A stretch of DNA of 64,000 nucleotides from Eubacteriales bacterium (GTDB taxonomy: Bacteria; Bacillota; Clostridia; Oscillospirales; SIG627). Position 1 is the stretch's first letter. Each line of letters begins with the position of its first letter. The translations under genes and the position numbers were made by a program. Shown piece after piece: positions 48,920-57,658 of the stretch. The stretch is taken from assembly GCA_045597125.1 (NCBI GenBank), contig JAZODR010000052.1:34947-98946 (forward strand), written 5' to 3'. Under the pieces are notes generated by a model. It had not been told where the DNA came from. It worked only from the letters and a program-made list of their open reading frames with translations, and did not search any database.

Positions 48920-49545
48920 TTTTGCTCCTCCAATTGTTGAGAAAGACTTGTCAAAATCTTTCGGATTGCATCATTTTTAAACTTAAAACCGGATTTATTT
49001 GCAATCAAGCGTGTACTGATAGGAACGATATCTTCAAACACCTCAAGATTGTTTTCTTTTAAAGTCTTTCCCGTTTCCACGATGTCAACAATAACGTCTG
49101 TAAGACCTAAAATCGGTGCAATTTCAATGGAACCGTTTAAATGAATAATATCAATATCTCTACCTTTTTTGAAGTAATAATCTTTTGCAATATTCGAAAA
49201 TTTCGTTGCAACCTTCAATGTTTTGCGAATATCATCTCGAAAATCCACAGGCGCGGCAACTGCCATTTTGCAAACACCGGTTTTCAAATCCAAAAGTTCA
49301 TATACATCCGGATTATATTCCAGAAGAATATCTTTTCCTGCAACTCCCAGATCTGCAGCACCACGTTCAACGTAAATAGCCACATCGGACGGCTTTACCC
49401 AAAAATAGCGGACACCACATTCTTCATTTTCGAAAATCAGCTTGCGGGTATTTTCCATTACCTGAGGACATTCAAAGCCTGCCTTCTCGAACATGGTATA
49501 AACACGCTCTCCCAGTCTTCCTTTCGGGAGAGCAATATTAAGCAT
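48916..49545 (-). CDS. hisG: ATP phosphoribosyltransferase, short form HisG
   Basis: About 209 aa short HisG (LNIALPKGRL, DIV.TG.TL). The ATG at 49545 overlaps the hisZ stop. The TTG at 49554 is an alternative start. Confidence 0.88.
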   Translation of the reverse strand: MLNIALPKGRLGERVYTMFEKAGFECPQVMENTRKLIFENEECGVRYFWVKPSDVAIYVERGAADLGVAGKDILLEYNPDVYELLDLKTGVCKMAVAAPVDFRDDIRKTLKVATKFSNIAKDYYFKKGRDIDIIHLNGSIEIAPILGLTDVIVDIVETGKTLKENNLEVFEDIVPISTRLIANKSGFKFKNDAIRKILTSLSQQLEEQK

Positions 49546-50659
49546 TTCTTTCAAGAAGCTCCACCCCGCTTTCCGAAATTTTCCACAATTCTTTAAACTT
49601 GATTTTAGACGGAATACTTCTCTGCGCCATTACAGACTTTCCCTCTAAAATCAATTTCTTCAATACAAGATCTACCTCAGAGAAAAGAACGTTGGGACTA
49701 TACACCACAACGGAATCAACGTCATATTCCCTCTTTTCAATTAATAAATCTTCCATCAAATCCAGATAAACGGCAAAACCGATAGCCCCGGCATTTCGAT
49801 CCATTTTTTTCATCAAACCGTCATAACGACCGCCGGAAAGAACTGCAGACGGAATGCCATTTATAAATCCTTTGAAAACGATTCCGTTATAATAATCAAC
49901 ACCGTTGACGATGGAAAAATCAATTCGAAGCATCTTTTCAAACCCGCTTTCGCAAAGATTCTTGCAAAGCGATTCAAATGATGCAAGTTCCCCATCGTTT
50001 ACTTTTCCTTCCAGCAATGTTCTGACCTTAGGCAAAACCAGAGCGGGAGAACCGTAAATCTGAACAAGCTCATTCAAAACATCAATGTCTTCGGAATTCA
50101 CTCCCGCAGAAACGCAAATTCGTTCCAAATCATGAGCATTTTTTTCGCCGATTGCGAAAAGAACCTCTTTTTTGATAGAATCTGCGATTCCAAAAGAAGC
50201 GAGAAGCTGGGTTAAGAGACCAAAATCCGATATATCAAGAATAACATCATCGGAAAGCACAGAAAGACTTTTGGCAGCCAGACTCAGCACTTCAAACAAG
50301 GAGTAATCGTCCACCAATCCCATACACTCCACGCCAAGCTGCATAATTTCTTTAAAAGAATTTGTCCCGCTGGAAACGCGATACACATTTTCATTGTAAT
50401 ATACTTTATCCAGCAAACCTTCACTCGATCTGAAATTTTTAATGATTGACAATGTAACATCAGGTTTTAAGGCTAAAAGCTTCCCATTTGTATCCGTAAA
50501 GGTGATAATACTGTCTGAAATCAAAAAATCTTTGTTTCTCACATAAAGATCATATTCCTCGAATTTGCTCATTTTAAATTGAGCATATCCGTACTGTTCA
50601 TATAAACAGCGCAGGCGATTGATCACAAGTTCTTCTTTTCGCAAACTCGTTGTATTCAT
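49538..50659 (-). CDS. hisZ: ATP phosphoribosyltransferase regulatory subunit HisZ
   Basis: 373 aa HisRS-paralogue fold without an anticodon-binding domain, directly upstream of short-form hisG. Confidence 0.8.
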   Translation of the reverse strand: MNTTSLRKEELVINRLRCLYEQYGYAQFKMSKFEEYDLYVRNKDFLISDSIITFTDTNGKLLALKPDVTLSIIKNFRSSEGLLDKVYYNENVYRVSSGTNSFKEIMQLGVECMGLVDDYSLFEVLSLAAKSLSVLSDDVILDISDFGLLTQLLASFGIADSIKKEVLFAIGEKNAHDLERICVSAGVNSEDIDVLNELVQIYGSPALVLPKVRTLLEGKVNDGELASFESLCKNLCESGFEKMLRIDFSIVNGVDYYNGIVFKGFINGIPSAVLSGGRYDGLMKKMDRNAGAIGFAVYLDLMEDLLIEKREYDVDSVVVYSPNVLFSEVDLVLKKLILEGKSVMAQRSIPSKIKFKELWKISESGVELLERNA

Positions 50660-50949
50660 TTTTGTTCATCCTCAATTTTCTCCAAAACCGCATGATATCC
50701 ACCACTTCCGTAGGAAAGGCATTTATTTACACGGCTAATCGTTGCGGTGCTAACACCCGTTTTCTTATTGATTTCCTGATAATTGGTTCCATTTTTCAAC
50801 AGAATTGCAATTTCAAGTCTTTGTGACATATCCAAAATCTCTTTAATCGTACATAAATCTTCCAAAAAAGAATAACACTCTTCCGGTGTTTTCAATTCTG
50901 CAAAAACCTTCATCAACCGATCAGTAAATTCATTATGCCAACTTGCCAT
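50656..50949 (-). CDS. YerC/YecD family TrpR-like protein (candidate histidine regulon repressor)
   Basis: 97 aa. F..L.T.EE...F..DL.T..E...M.QR......L, Y..I...TG.S.ATISRV motif. The stop overlaps the hisZ start (ATGA). Confidence 0.8.
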   Translation of the reverse strand: MASWHNEFTDRLMKVFAELKTPEECYSFLEDLCTIKEILDMSQRLEIAILLKNGTNYQEINKKTGVSTATISRVNKCLSYGSGGYHAVLEKIEDEQK

Positions 50950-50979
50950 AATCGTCTCCTTACATCTTTTGATTTTAAT

Positions 50980-51008
50980 ATATTATCACTTTACCTCGCT
51001 AAAGTCAA
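50980..51008 (-). promoter_or_regulatory. sigma-A-like promoter of the yerC-his operon
   Basis: Minus strand: TTGACT, 17 nt spacer, TAATAT. Confidence 0.55.
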
Positions 51009-51025
51009 TACAAAATTTTAAATTT

Positions 51026-51069
51026 CTAAAAATAATGATGCAAAGGTTTTTCTTCCTTTGCATCATTAT
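51026..51069 (-). terminator. intrinsic terminator after the TIM-barrel/ligase fusion gene
   Basis: ataatgatgcaaagg-(8 nt)-cctttgcatcattat, followed on the minus strand by TTTTT. Confidence 0.8.
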
Positions 51070-51073
51070 CGAA

Positions 51074-53575
51074 TTATTTCAAGCCAAGCTTTTCAACTGC
51101 AGCTTCACGCATTTTATATTTCAAAATTTTGCCGGCTGCATTCATGGGAAATTGTTCCACAAATTCTACGTAGCGCGGAACTTTATGACGTGCCATACTG
51201 GCAGCCACAAAGGCTTTCATTTCCTCTTCGGACATACTCTCACCTTCTTTTAAGATGATACAAGCCATAATTTCTTCACCATACTGCTTATCGGGCACAC
51301 CGATTACCTGAACATCACGAACTTTAGGATTGGTATAAATAAATTCCTCAATTTCCTTAGGATAGATATTTTCTCCGCCTCGGATAATCATATCCTTTAA
51401 GCGTCCGGTAATCAGATAATTCCCTTCGGGTGTGCGACATGCAAGATCCCCGGTATGAAGCCATCCTTCGTCGTCAATGGTGGAAGCCGTGGCACCGGGC
51501 ATTTTGTAATAGCCCTTCATCAAATTATAGCCGCGGGCAACAAATTCACCGTTTACACCATCGGGGCAATCTAGTCCCGTTTCGGGATCTACAATCTTGC
51601 ACTCGACATTTGCAAAGGCGCTGCCCACTGTTTCGGTACGAACCTGCAGAGAATCATAGTAGCTGCTCATCGTACATCCCGGACTTGCTTCGGTTTGACC
51701 GTAAACGGAAACAATCTCTTTCATATTCATAATGTCGGCTGCTTTTTTCATCAAATCGGCAGGACAGTTAGCACCTGCCATAATACCGGTTCGAATATAA
51801 GAAAAATCCGTCTTTGAAAAATCAGGATGCTGCATCATTGCAATGAACATTGTAGGAACACCATTAAAGGTGGTAATATGTTCATTGTGGACACATGCAA
51901 GGGCAGGTTTCGGTGAAAAATACGGCAACGGGAACATCGTAGCGCCGTGGGTCATCGCAGCAGTCATAGAAAGAACCATACCGAAGCAATGGAACATAGG
52001 AACCTGAATCATCATTCGATCGGCCGTGGAAAGATCCATATGGTCTCCGATATATTTACCGTTGTTTACAACGTTGTAATGGGTCAACATAACACCCTTG
52101 GGGAAACCTGTGGTTCCTGAGGTGTACTGCATATTACAAACGTCATTCTTATCTACAGCAGCAGCCATACGGCGTACCTCTTCCAAGGGAACCTGACCGG
52201 CTCTTTCAAGAGACTCTTGCCAGGTCATACAGCCCTTTTGCTTAAATCCGACTGTAATGACATTGCGCAAAAAAGGAAGTCTTCTGGCATGAAGAGATGC
52301 GCCCGCCTTCAAAGACTTAAGTTCAGGACAAAGCTCTGCAATAATCTTTCCGTAATGCGTATCTTTCGCGCCTTCTGTCATAATTAAAGTATGAGTATCA
52401 GACTGGCGAAGCAAATACTCAGCTTCGTGGATTTTATAAGCGGTGTTCACCGTTACAAGAACAGCACCAATCTTTACGGTTGCCCAGAATGCGATAAACC
52501 ATTGAGGAACATTGGATGCCCAAACGGCAACATGAGTTCCCGCTTTTACACCCAATGCAATCAAACTTCTTGCAAAGGTATCCACATCATCACGGAACTG
52601 ACTATAAGTTCTGGTATAATCAAGAGTCGTATATTTAAAAGCATATTGATCCGGAAATTCTTCAACCATCCGATCCAGAACATCAGAAAAAGTAGCATCA
52701 ATCAAAAGATCCTTTTTCCAAACGAATTTACCCGTACGCGCGCGATTATAATACAATGTCTTCCGATTCTGAGAAGGATCACCAAACTGGTTCATAAAAC
52801 TGACAAACTGAGAAAAAATGATCTCCATATCATCAAGCTCGGTACACCAAGAAGGATCCCATACCAATGATACAAATCCGTCATAATTTACGGATCGAAG
52901 GGCAAGGATAATCTCTTTTATTGGAAGATCTCCCTCGCCTGCCAAGCAATATTCAACACCATTTTCAGTTCTTCTGGCATCATTGAACTGAACATGGCGA
53001 ACATAAGCACCAAGGTTTTTAATAACCTCTTCGGGGGTTTCGCCTTTTCCAAAATAAGCTGCTGACATCTGCCATAAAGCGGCAAAATGATCACTTGCAA
53101 ACCGATCTAACAAGTTGCGCAGAACAGAAGTGTCGCTAAAAGGGCCTGTTGTTTCCAAAAGCAACGTAACGGAAGCATCCTTAGCCTTTTCTAAAACTCT
53201 ATTAATGAGTTCGTAAACAGTTTCAACAGCGGCATCGGTGCTCTCTGCATCGTTGGCGCGCAAACGAATATAAGGGATATGGAGATTGGATGCAATACGA
53301 ATGCAGTTCTCAATCTCATCAATTGCTTTGTCCTGTAGGTTAACAGAGCCCACATCAGTAATGGTATCAATACAGGGAATTCTCAGATTCTTCTCATAAA
53401 GCTTGCGAAGAGTGGCCCCGGCGGTATAATCGTGAAATGCACCGTCTTTGTCCGTAAAGAGGCGATTATAAATATTATGAAGTTCGATTCCCTGAAAACG
53501 AAGTTCTTGGGCAATGTTACAAAATTCATCAAAATTGTTATGATGCCAACCCTTTGTAGAAAAGGAAAGTTTCAT
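51074..53575 (-). CDS. fusion protein: xylose-isomerase-like TIM barrel (sugar phosphate isomerase/epimerase family) + AMP-forming acyl-CoA ligase
   Basis: About 833 aa. The N-terminal 270 aa or so have TIM-barrel blocks (GIELH, LLLETTG, HVQFND). The rest has ligase motifs: YTSGTTGFPKGVMLTH, YGQTE, HTGDL, GRLKDMIIRGGENIYP, GKI.K. The GGAGG RBS lies inside the upstream gene's end, and the ATG is 1 nt after its stop. Confidence 0.8.
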   Translation of the reverse strand: MKLSFSTKGWHHNNFDEFCNIAQELRFQGIELHNIYNRLFTDKDGAFHDYTAGATLRKLYEKNLRIPCIDTITDVGSVNLQDKAIDEIENCIRIASNLHIPYIRLRANDAESTDAAVETVYELINRVLEKAKDASVTLLLETTGPFSDTSVLRNLLDRFASDHFAALWQMSAAYFGKGETPEEVIKNLGAYVRHVQFNDARRTENGVEYCLAGEGDLPIKEIILALRSVNYDGFVSLVWDPSWCTELDDMEIIFSQFVSFMNQFGDPSQNRKTLYYNRARTGKFVWKKDLLIDATFSDVLDRMVEEFPDQYAFKYTTLDYTRTYSQFRDDVDTFARSLIALGVKAGTHVAVWASNVPQWFIAFWATVKIGAVLVTVNTAYKIHEAEYLLRQSDTHTLIMTEGAKDTHYGKIIAELCPELKSLKAGASLHARRLPFLRNVITVGFKQKGCMTWQESLERAGQVPLEEVRRMAAAVDKNDVCNMQYTSGTTGFPKGVMLTHYNVVNNGKYIGDHMDLSTADRMMIQVPMFHCFGMVLSMTAAMTHGATMFPLPYFSPKPALACVHNEHITTFNGVPTMFIAMMQHPDFSKTDFSYIRTGIMAGANCPADLMKKAADIMNMKEIVSVYGQTEASPGCTMSSYYDSLQVRTETVGSAFANVECKIVDPETGLDCPDGVNGEFVARGYNLMKGYYKMPGATASTIDDEGWLHTGDLACRTPEGNYLITGRLKDMIIRGGENIYPKEIEEFIYTNPKVRDVQVIGVPDKQYGEEIMACIILKEGESMSEEEMKAFVAASMARHKVPRYVEFVEQFPMNAAGKILKYKMREAAVEKLGLK

Positions 53576-53576
53576 T

Positions 53577-54959
53577 TTATGCCTCCTCGTAAACAATTTT
53601 ATTCACAGCATTCAAGTAAGCACGAATGCTGGCGCCGATGATATCGGTAGATATACCATTGCCCGAATAAAGTTTGCCCCCGGCACGAAGTTTTACAAGA
53701 GCAGAGCCCATTGCTTCTTTGCCTTCTGTAACAGATTGGATCTGAAAATCATCCAATTCATAGTGATGTCCAATGATTTGATCAATCGCACGGAATGCTG
53801 CGTCAACGGGACCGTCACCAATACAAACCCCCTGCAATACGCTTTCTTCTTTTTCCAAAGTAATTTGGGCGCTTGCGGAGATGATATTGCCATTATTTAT
53901 CATATAGTTAACAAGTTTAAAGGTTGCGGGAACCTGCAAAGCTACACTTGCAACAATGGCATCCAATTCCTTAGAACCAACGGATTTTTTAGCGGCTACA
54001 CGAAGAAACTCGTCAAAAACCCGCTTTTGATCTTCTTCAGAAAGATCGTAACCGAGTTTTGCAACTACGGCAATCACAGTAGCTTGATCGTCGTTCTGGC
54101 TTAAATAGGAGCCAACTTCGTCACAGGTTGCTACAGTCATTGCGGAACGCTCATTTTTAGCATTGTTTGCAATCCAATTGATTTGCTTTAAAATGCGGAA
54201 CAATTCAGTCTGATTGATTTTCGCAAAATAGGAATAACGGTTTCCGCAGTTCTTTAGAATAGAAGCAATGTCTGCCAAAGGCGCATTGATACCGATGACA
54301 TCCGCTTTAATGCAAGATGCACCGCTACGGAGCGCCAAAACAGACGCCGCGCAAGCCAAGCCGTTTGCATTTTCGCAGCGAACACTAACAGGAACAGAAA
54401 GGCCCTCGGAATAAGTCTGAACAAAAGCGGCAAAATCATCGGGAAGCATTTCAGCAGCGCTATCACACAAAGAAATCGAGGTTGCACCGGACTCTACTGC
54501 AATCTGAATAGCCTTTTTTAAAAAGTCACATTCTGCACGGGTAGCATCCACAGCACAAAATTCAACATCTTCCACAGAAGCTTTTGCCATACGAATTGCT
54601 TCGCTGATCCATAAAAGCATAGGGTCAGCCTTCTTTTTTGCAATATACTCCATTCCAATCGGCGAAACAGGAACCTCAATGCGAATTCGGCCGTTTTTCA
54701 CGGCAGACAAGGCGGAAATCGCATCAGTAACGCTATCAATATTACTGCCGGCAGCTACAGAAATAATACTATTCTTCACAAAGGAAGCGGCAGTTCGCAC
54801 GAAAAGACAGTCCGCCTTGGTATTGGAAATCTCGGGAAGTTCAATAATATCAACGCAAAGTTTATCCAGTTGACGCGCAATTTCAAGCTTTTCCTTAAAG
54901 CCAAAAACACCCTCTTCTGTACAAAGTGTTGTATCAGCAATCATAATCTGTTTCATCAT
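53577..54959 (-). CDS. 2-isopropylmalate synthase (LeuA) paralogue with degenerate catalytic site and an intact LeuA regulatory domain
   Basis: 460 aa. The DTTLRDGEQ block reads DTTLCTEEG and HxH(N/D)D.G reads RCENANG. The C-terminal GDGPVDAAFRAI and GNGISTDIIGASIRAYLNAVN match the LeuA allosteric/dimerisation domain. Confidence 0.7.
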   Translation of the reverse strand: MMKQIMIADTTLCTEEGVFGFKEKLEIARQLDKLCVDIIELPEISNTKADCLFVRTAASFVKNSIISVAAGSNIDSVTDAISALSAVKNGRIRIEVPVSPIGMEYIAKKKADPMLLWISEAIRMAKASVEDVEFCAVDATRAECDFLKKAIQIAVESGATSISLCDSAAEMLPDDFAAFVQTYSEGLSVPVSVRCENANGLACAASVLALRSGASCIKADVIGINAPLADIASILKNCGNRYSYFAKINQTELFRILKQINWIANNAKNERSAMTVATCDEVGSYLSQNDDQATVIAVVAKLGYDLSEEDQKRVFDEFLRVAAKKSVGSKELDAIVASVALQVPATFKLVNYMINNGNIISASAQITLEKEESVLQGVCIGDGPVDAAFRAIDQIIGHHYELDDFQIQSVTEGKEAMGSALVKLRAGGKLYSGNGISTDIIGASIRAYLNAVNKIVYEEA

Positions 54960-54988
54960 AAAACCCTCTCATTTTCGAAATTCCTCAA

Positions 54989-55240
54989 GAAAAAAATCCC
55001 TGAGGTAAAAACCTCAGGGACGAAAAAATCCGCGGTACCACCCTGTTTGCCGTCAAGCGGCCTTCTCTACGAGTTCTAACAAACCCTTTGCCATGATAAC
55101 GGGGCAAGCCGTAACCGCTTACTATCATTCAGCGACTCTGCTCCGGAATGAGAATCTAATCCTCGCATTTTGCTGCCTTGCACCAACCGACAGTTCTCTG
55201 TAAAATGCCTTGAGAAAAAGACGATTTCCTTCATCGCATT
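54989..55240 (-). promoter_or_regulatory. T-box riboswitch leader, specifier CUC (tRNA-Leu)
   Basis: Minus strand: a K-turn TGCGATGAA...GGAGCA, a GGTGCAA distal loop, the specifier context ATT-CTC-A-TTCC, the T-box AACAGGGTGGTACCGCGG, and the terminator tccctgaggt-tttt-acctcaggga plus a T-run at 54989-55020. Confidence 0.85.
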
Positions 55241-55256
55241 TAAAAAACTTAAATGG

Positions 55257-55286
55257 ATTATATCACAGTAAAAACAAGTTTGTCAA
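55257..55286 (-). promoter_or_regulatory. sigma-A-like promoter of the Leu T-box leader
   Basis: Minus strand: TTGACA, 18 nt spacer, TATAAT. It starts only 16 nt after the stop of the oxidoreductase gamma gene. Confidence 0.6.
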
Positions 55287-55301
55287 TACCAATCGGTTAT
55301 T

Positions 55302-55838
55302 TTATTTGTATTCTGCACCAAGTGTCATTGCCTTCAGGTTTACATCAATCATATCGGCACGCTTTGCAGAAATAACTTTGGTAAGAGTCTTCTTAACCTG
55401 CTCCTCATCAAACTCTCCGAGGACCTTGAAAATCTTACCCATCAAAATCATATTTGCAAGAGTCGCAAAGCCATTTTCACCTGCAAGTCTGGTTGCGGGT
55501 ACAGGGAAAACCTGAACGTCGGTGCGCTTCACTTCTCTCTCTACCAAGGAAGAGTCGTAGAAGATCATACCACCGGGAACAACAGAATCCTCAAACTTAT
55601 CCAAAGAAGGAAGATTCATTGCTACTAAAATATCAGGCTTGGAAACAATGGGCGAGCCAACGGGCTCATCGCTGATGATGACGCTGCAGCTTGCAGTACC
55701 GCCACGCATTTCAGGACCATAGGAAGGAAGCCAGCTTACTTGCTTATCCTCAATCAATCCTTTGTATGCAAGCATTTTACCGGTAAACAGAATACCCTGT
55801 CCGCCAAAACCGGAAAGCAAAAACTGTTTTGCGCTCAT
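55302..55838 (-). CDS. 2-oxoacid:ferredoxin oxidoreductase gamma subunit
   Basis: 178 aa. GFGGQG...G..LA motif; start overlaps the beta stop (ATGA). Confidence 0.88.
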   Translation of the reverse strand: MSAKQFLLSGFGGQGILFTGKMLAYKGLIEDKQVSWLPSYGPEMRGGTASCSVIISDEPVGSPIVSKPDILVAMNLPSLDKFEDSVVPGGMIFYDSSLVEREVKRTDVQVFPVPATRLAGENGFATLANMILMGKIFKVLGEFDEEQVKKTLTKVISAKRADMIDVNLKAMTLGAEYK

Positions 55839-56590
55839 TTGTTTTCCTCCTTTGCACTACGATCCTTATACACACCAAGAGGATAATAAGGAATCATCTT
55901 CTCGTCAATCCATTTCAGAGCATTTTGAGGAGTCATACCCCAGTTGGTGGGACAAGAAGAAAGAACCTCTACCAAAGAGAAGCCTTTTCCATCAATCTGA
56001 TTCTGAAAAGCCTTTTTAATTGCCTTCTTGGCATTCTTAATATTCTTAACACTGTTAACGGTAACGCGTTCCAAATATTCGGGACCATCCAACTCAGAGA
56101 GCATCTCGCATACACGAATGGGGAAACCGCAAGCATTGGTATCTCTGCCATAGGGAGAGGTCTGTGTGACCTGTCCGGGAAGAGAGGTAGGTGCCATCTG
56201 ACCACCGGTCATACCGTAGATAGCATTATTAATAAAGATAATGGTGATGTTCTCATTTCTTGCGGCAGAATGTACGGTTTCAGCCATACCAATAGAAGCC
56301 AGATCTCCATCACCCTGATAAGTAAATACAATGTGATTTTCAGGATCTGCGCGCTTTACACCGGTAGCTACTGCAGGAGCTCTACCGTGAGCAGCCTCAA
56401 TCATATCACAGTTAAAATAGTCATAAGCCATAACGGAGCAACCAACGGGGGCAACACCAATGGTCTTACCTTCAATACCAAGCTCGTCAATTACTTCGGC
56501 AACCAAGCGGTGAACAATACCGTGGGTACAGCCGGGACAATAATGCATCGGCACTTCAGCCATTGCATGGGGTCTATCAAATACTACCAT
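55835..56590 (-). CDS. 2-oxoacid:ferredoxin oxidoreductase beta (TPP-binding) subunit
   Basis: 251 aa. CPGC.H, and GDGD....G TPP/Mg motif. Confidence 0.88.
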   Translation of the reverse strand: MVVFDRPHAMAEVPMHYCPGCTHGIVHRLVAEVIDELGIEGKTIGVAPVGCSVMAYDYFNCDMIEAAHGRAPAVATGVKRADPENHIVFTYQGDGDLASIGMAETVHSAARNENITIIFINNAIYGMTGGQMAPTSLPGQVTQTSPYGRDTNACGFPIRVCEMLSELDGPEYLERVTVNSVKNIKNAKKAIKKAFQNQIDGKGFSLVEVLSSCPTNWGMTPQNALKWIDEKMIPYYPLGVYKDRSAKEENK

Positions 56591-56600
56591 AGTTCACACC

Positions 56601-57653
56601 TCACTTCTGCGCACTTCTGATGGCTTCCAAAACCTGCTCGGGGGAAGGAATCATACCGCCAACACGGTTGCAAAGGCTTACGGGAACTTTGCACTCGGTT
56701 GCAAGTCTTACATCTTCAATCATCTGACCCATGGAAAGCTCAACAGAAATAATGGATTTTACTTTTTCAGCAGCTTTTGCAAAGGGAGCCTTGGGGAAAG
56801 GCCACAAAGTAATGGGACGGATCATACCAACGCGAATACCCTCTTTGCGTGCTTCGTTGATGGCATTTTTCGCTACACGAGCGGCAATACCGAATGCTGC
56901 AATACAAATCTCTGCATCATCCATCAAATACTCTTCGTACATGGTTTCATTCTCTTCAATGATGCGATAGCGGTCATAGCGAGAAAAATTAAATTTTTCC
57001 AATGCCTCGGGAGCAAGAAACAAAGAGTTTACGATATTGTGCTCTCTCTGCATTTTGGTGCCGGTGGTAGCCCAAGGCTTTGCAGGAGTTTCCTTCACAT
57101 CAAAATCAAGGGAAACAGGCTCCATCATCTGACCCATAGTACCATCAGCAAGGATCATTGTGGTCATACGATAGGTATCGGCAAGCTCAAAGCCCTTCAC
57201 AGTAAGCTCTGCCATTTCCTGAACGGAACTGGGAGCAAGAACGATCATATGGAAGTCACCGTGTCCTGCACCACGAGTTGCCTGGAAATAGTCAGACTGG
57301 CTAGGCTGAATTCCACCAAGGCCGGGACCGCCACGCTGTACGTTTACAACCAATGCAGGAAGATCTGCACCGGCAAGATAAGAAAGTCCCTCGCCCTTCA
57401 AAGAAATTCCGGGGCTGGAAGAGGAAGTCATAACACGCTTACCGGTAGAAGCAACGCCGTAAACCATATTAATCGCGGCAATTTCACTTTCTGCCTGAAG
57501 GAAGGTACCGCCGATTTTGGGCATTTTCTTTGCCATATATGCGGCAACTTCAGTCTGGGGAGTAATAGGATAACCAAAATAGTGACGACAACCGGCAAGA
57601 ATTGCAGCTTCTGCAATTGCTTCGTTGCCCTTCATCAAAATCTTTTCCGACAT
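56601..57653 (-). CDS. 2-oxoacid:ferredoxin oxidoreductase alpha subunit (VorB/KorA-like)
   Basis: About 350 aa. MKGNEA.AEAA..AG....FGYPITPQ.E motif. The ATG at 57653 has an RBS; the GTG at 57662 is an alternative start. Confidence 0.88.
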   Translation of the reverse strand: MSEKILMKGNEAIAEAAILAGCRHYFGYPITPQTEVAAYMAKKMPKIGGTFLQAESEIAAINMVYGVASTGKRVMTSSSSPGISLKGEGLSYLAGADLPALVVNVQRGGPGLGGIQPSQSDYFQATRGAGHGDFHMIVLAPSSVQEMAELTVKGFELADTYRMTTMILADGTMGQMMEPVSLDFDVKETPAKPWATTGTKMQREHNIVNSLFLAPEALEKFNFSRYDRYRIIEENETMYEEYLMDDAEICIAAFGIAARVAKNAINEARKEGIRVGMIRPITLWPFPKAPFAKAAEKVKSIISVELSMGQMIEDVRLATECKVPVSLCNRVGGMIPSPEQVLEAIRSAQK

Positions 57654-57658
57654 CTTCT

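Noticed and set aside
53577-54959. Possibility that the degenerate leuA paralogue is a decaying pseudogene
   Set aside because: The 460-codon frame is intact, with an RBS, a dedicated T-box leader and translational coupling to the next gene, and its C-terminal domain is highly conserved. Selective loss of only the catalytic residues argues for a retained non-catalytic or altered function. It is reported as a finding instead.
55829-56620. 263 aa plus-strand ORF
   Set aside because: It lies entirely antisense to the well-supported TPP-binding beta subunit gene. It has low-complexity, odd composition and no RBS, which is typical of a shadow ORF.
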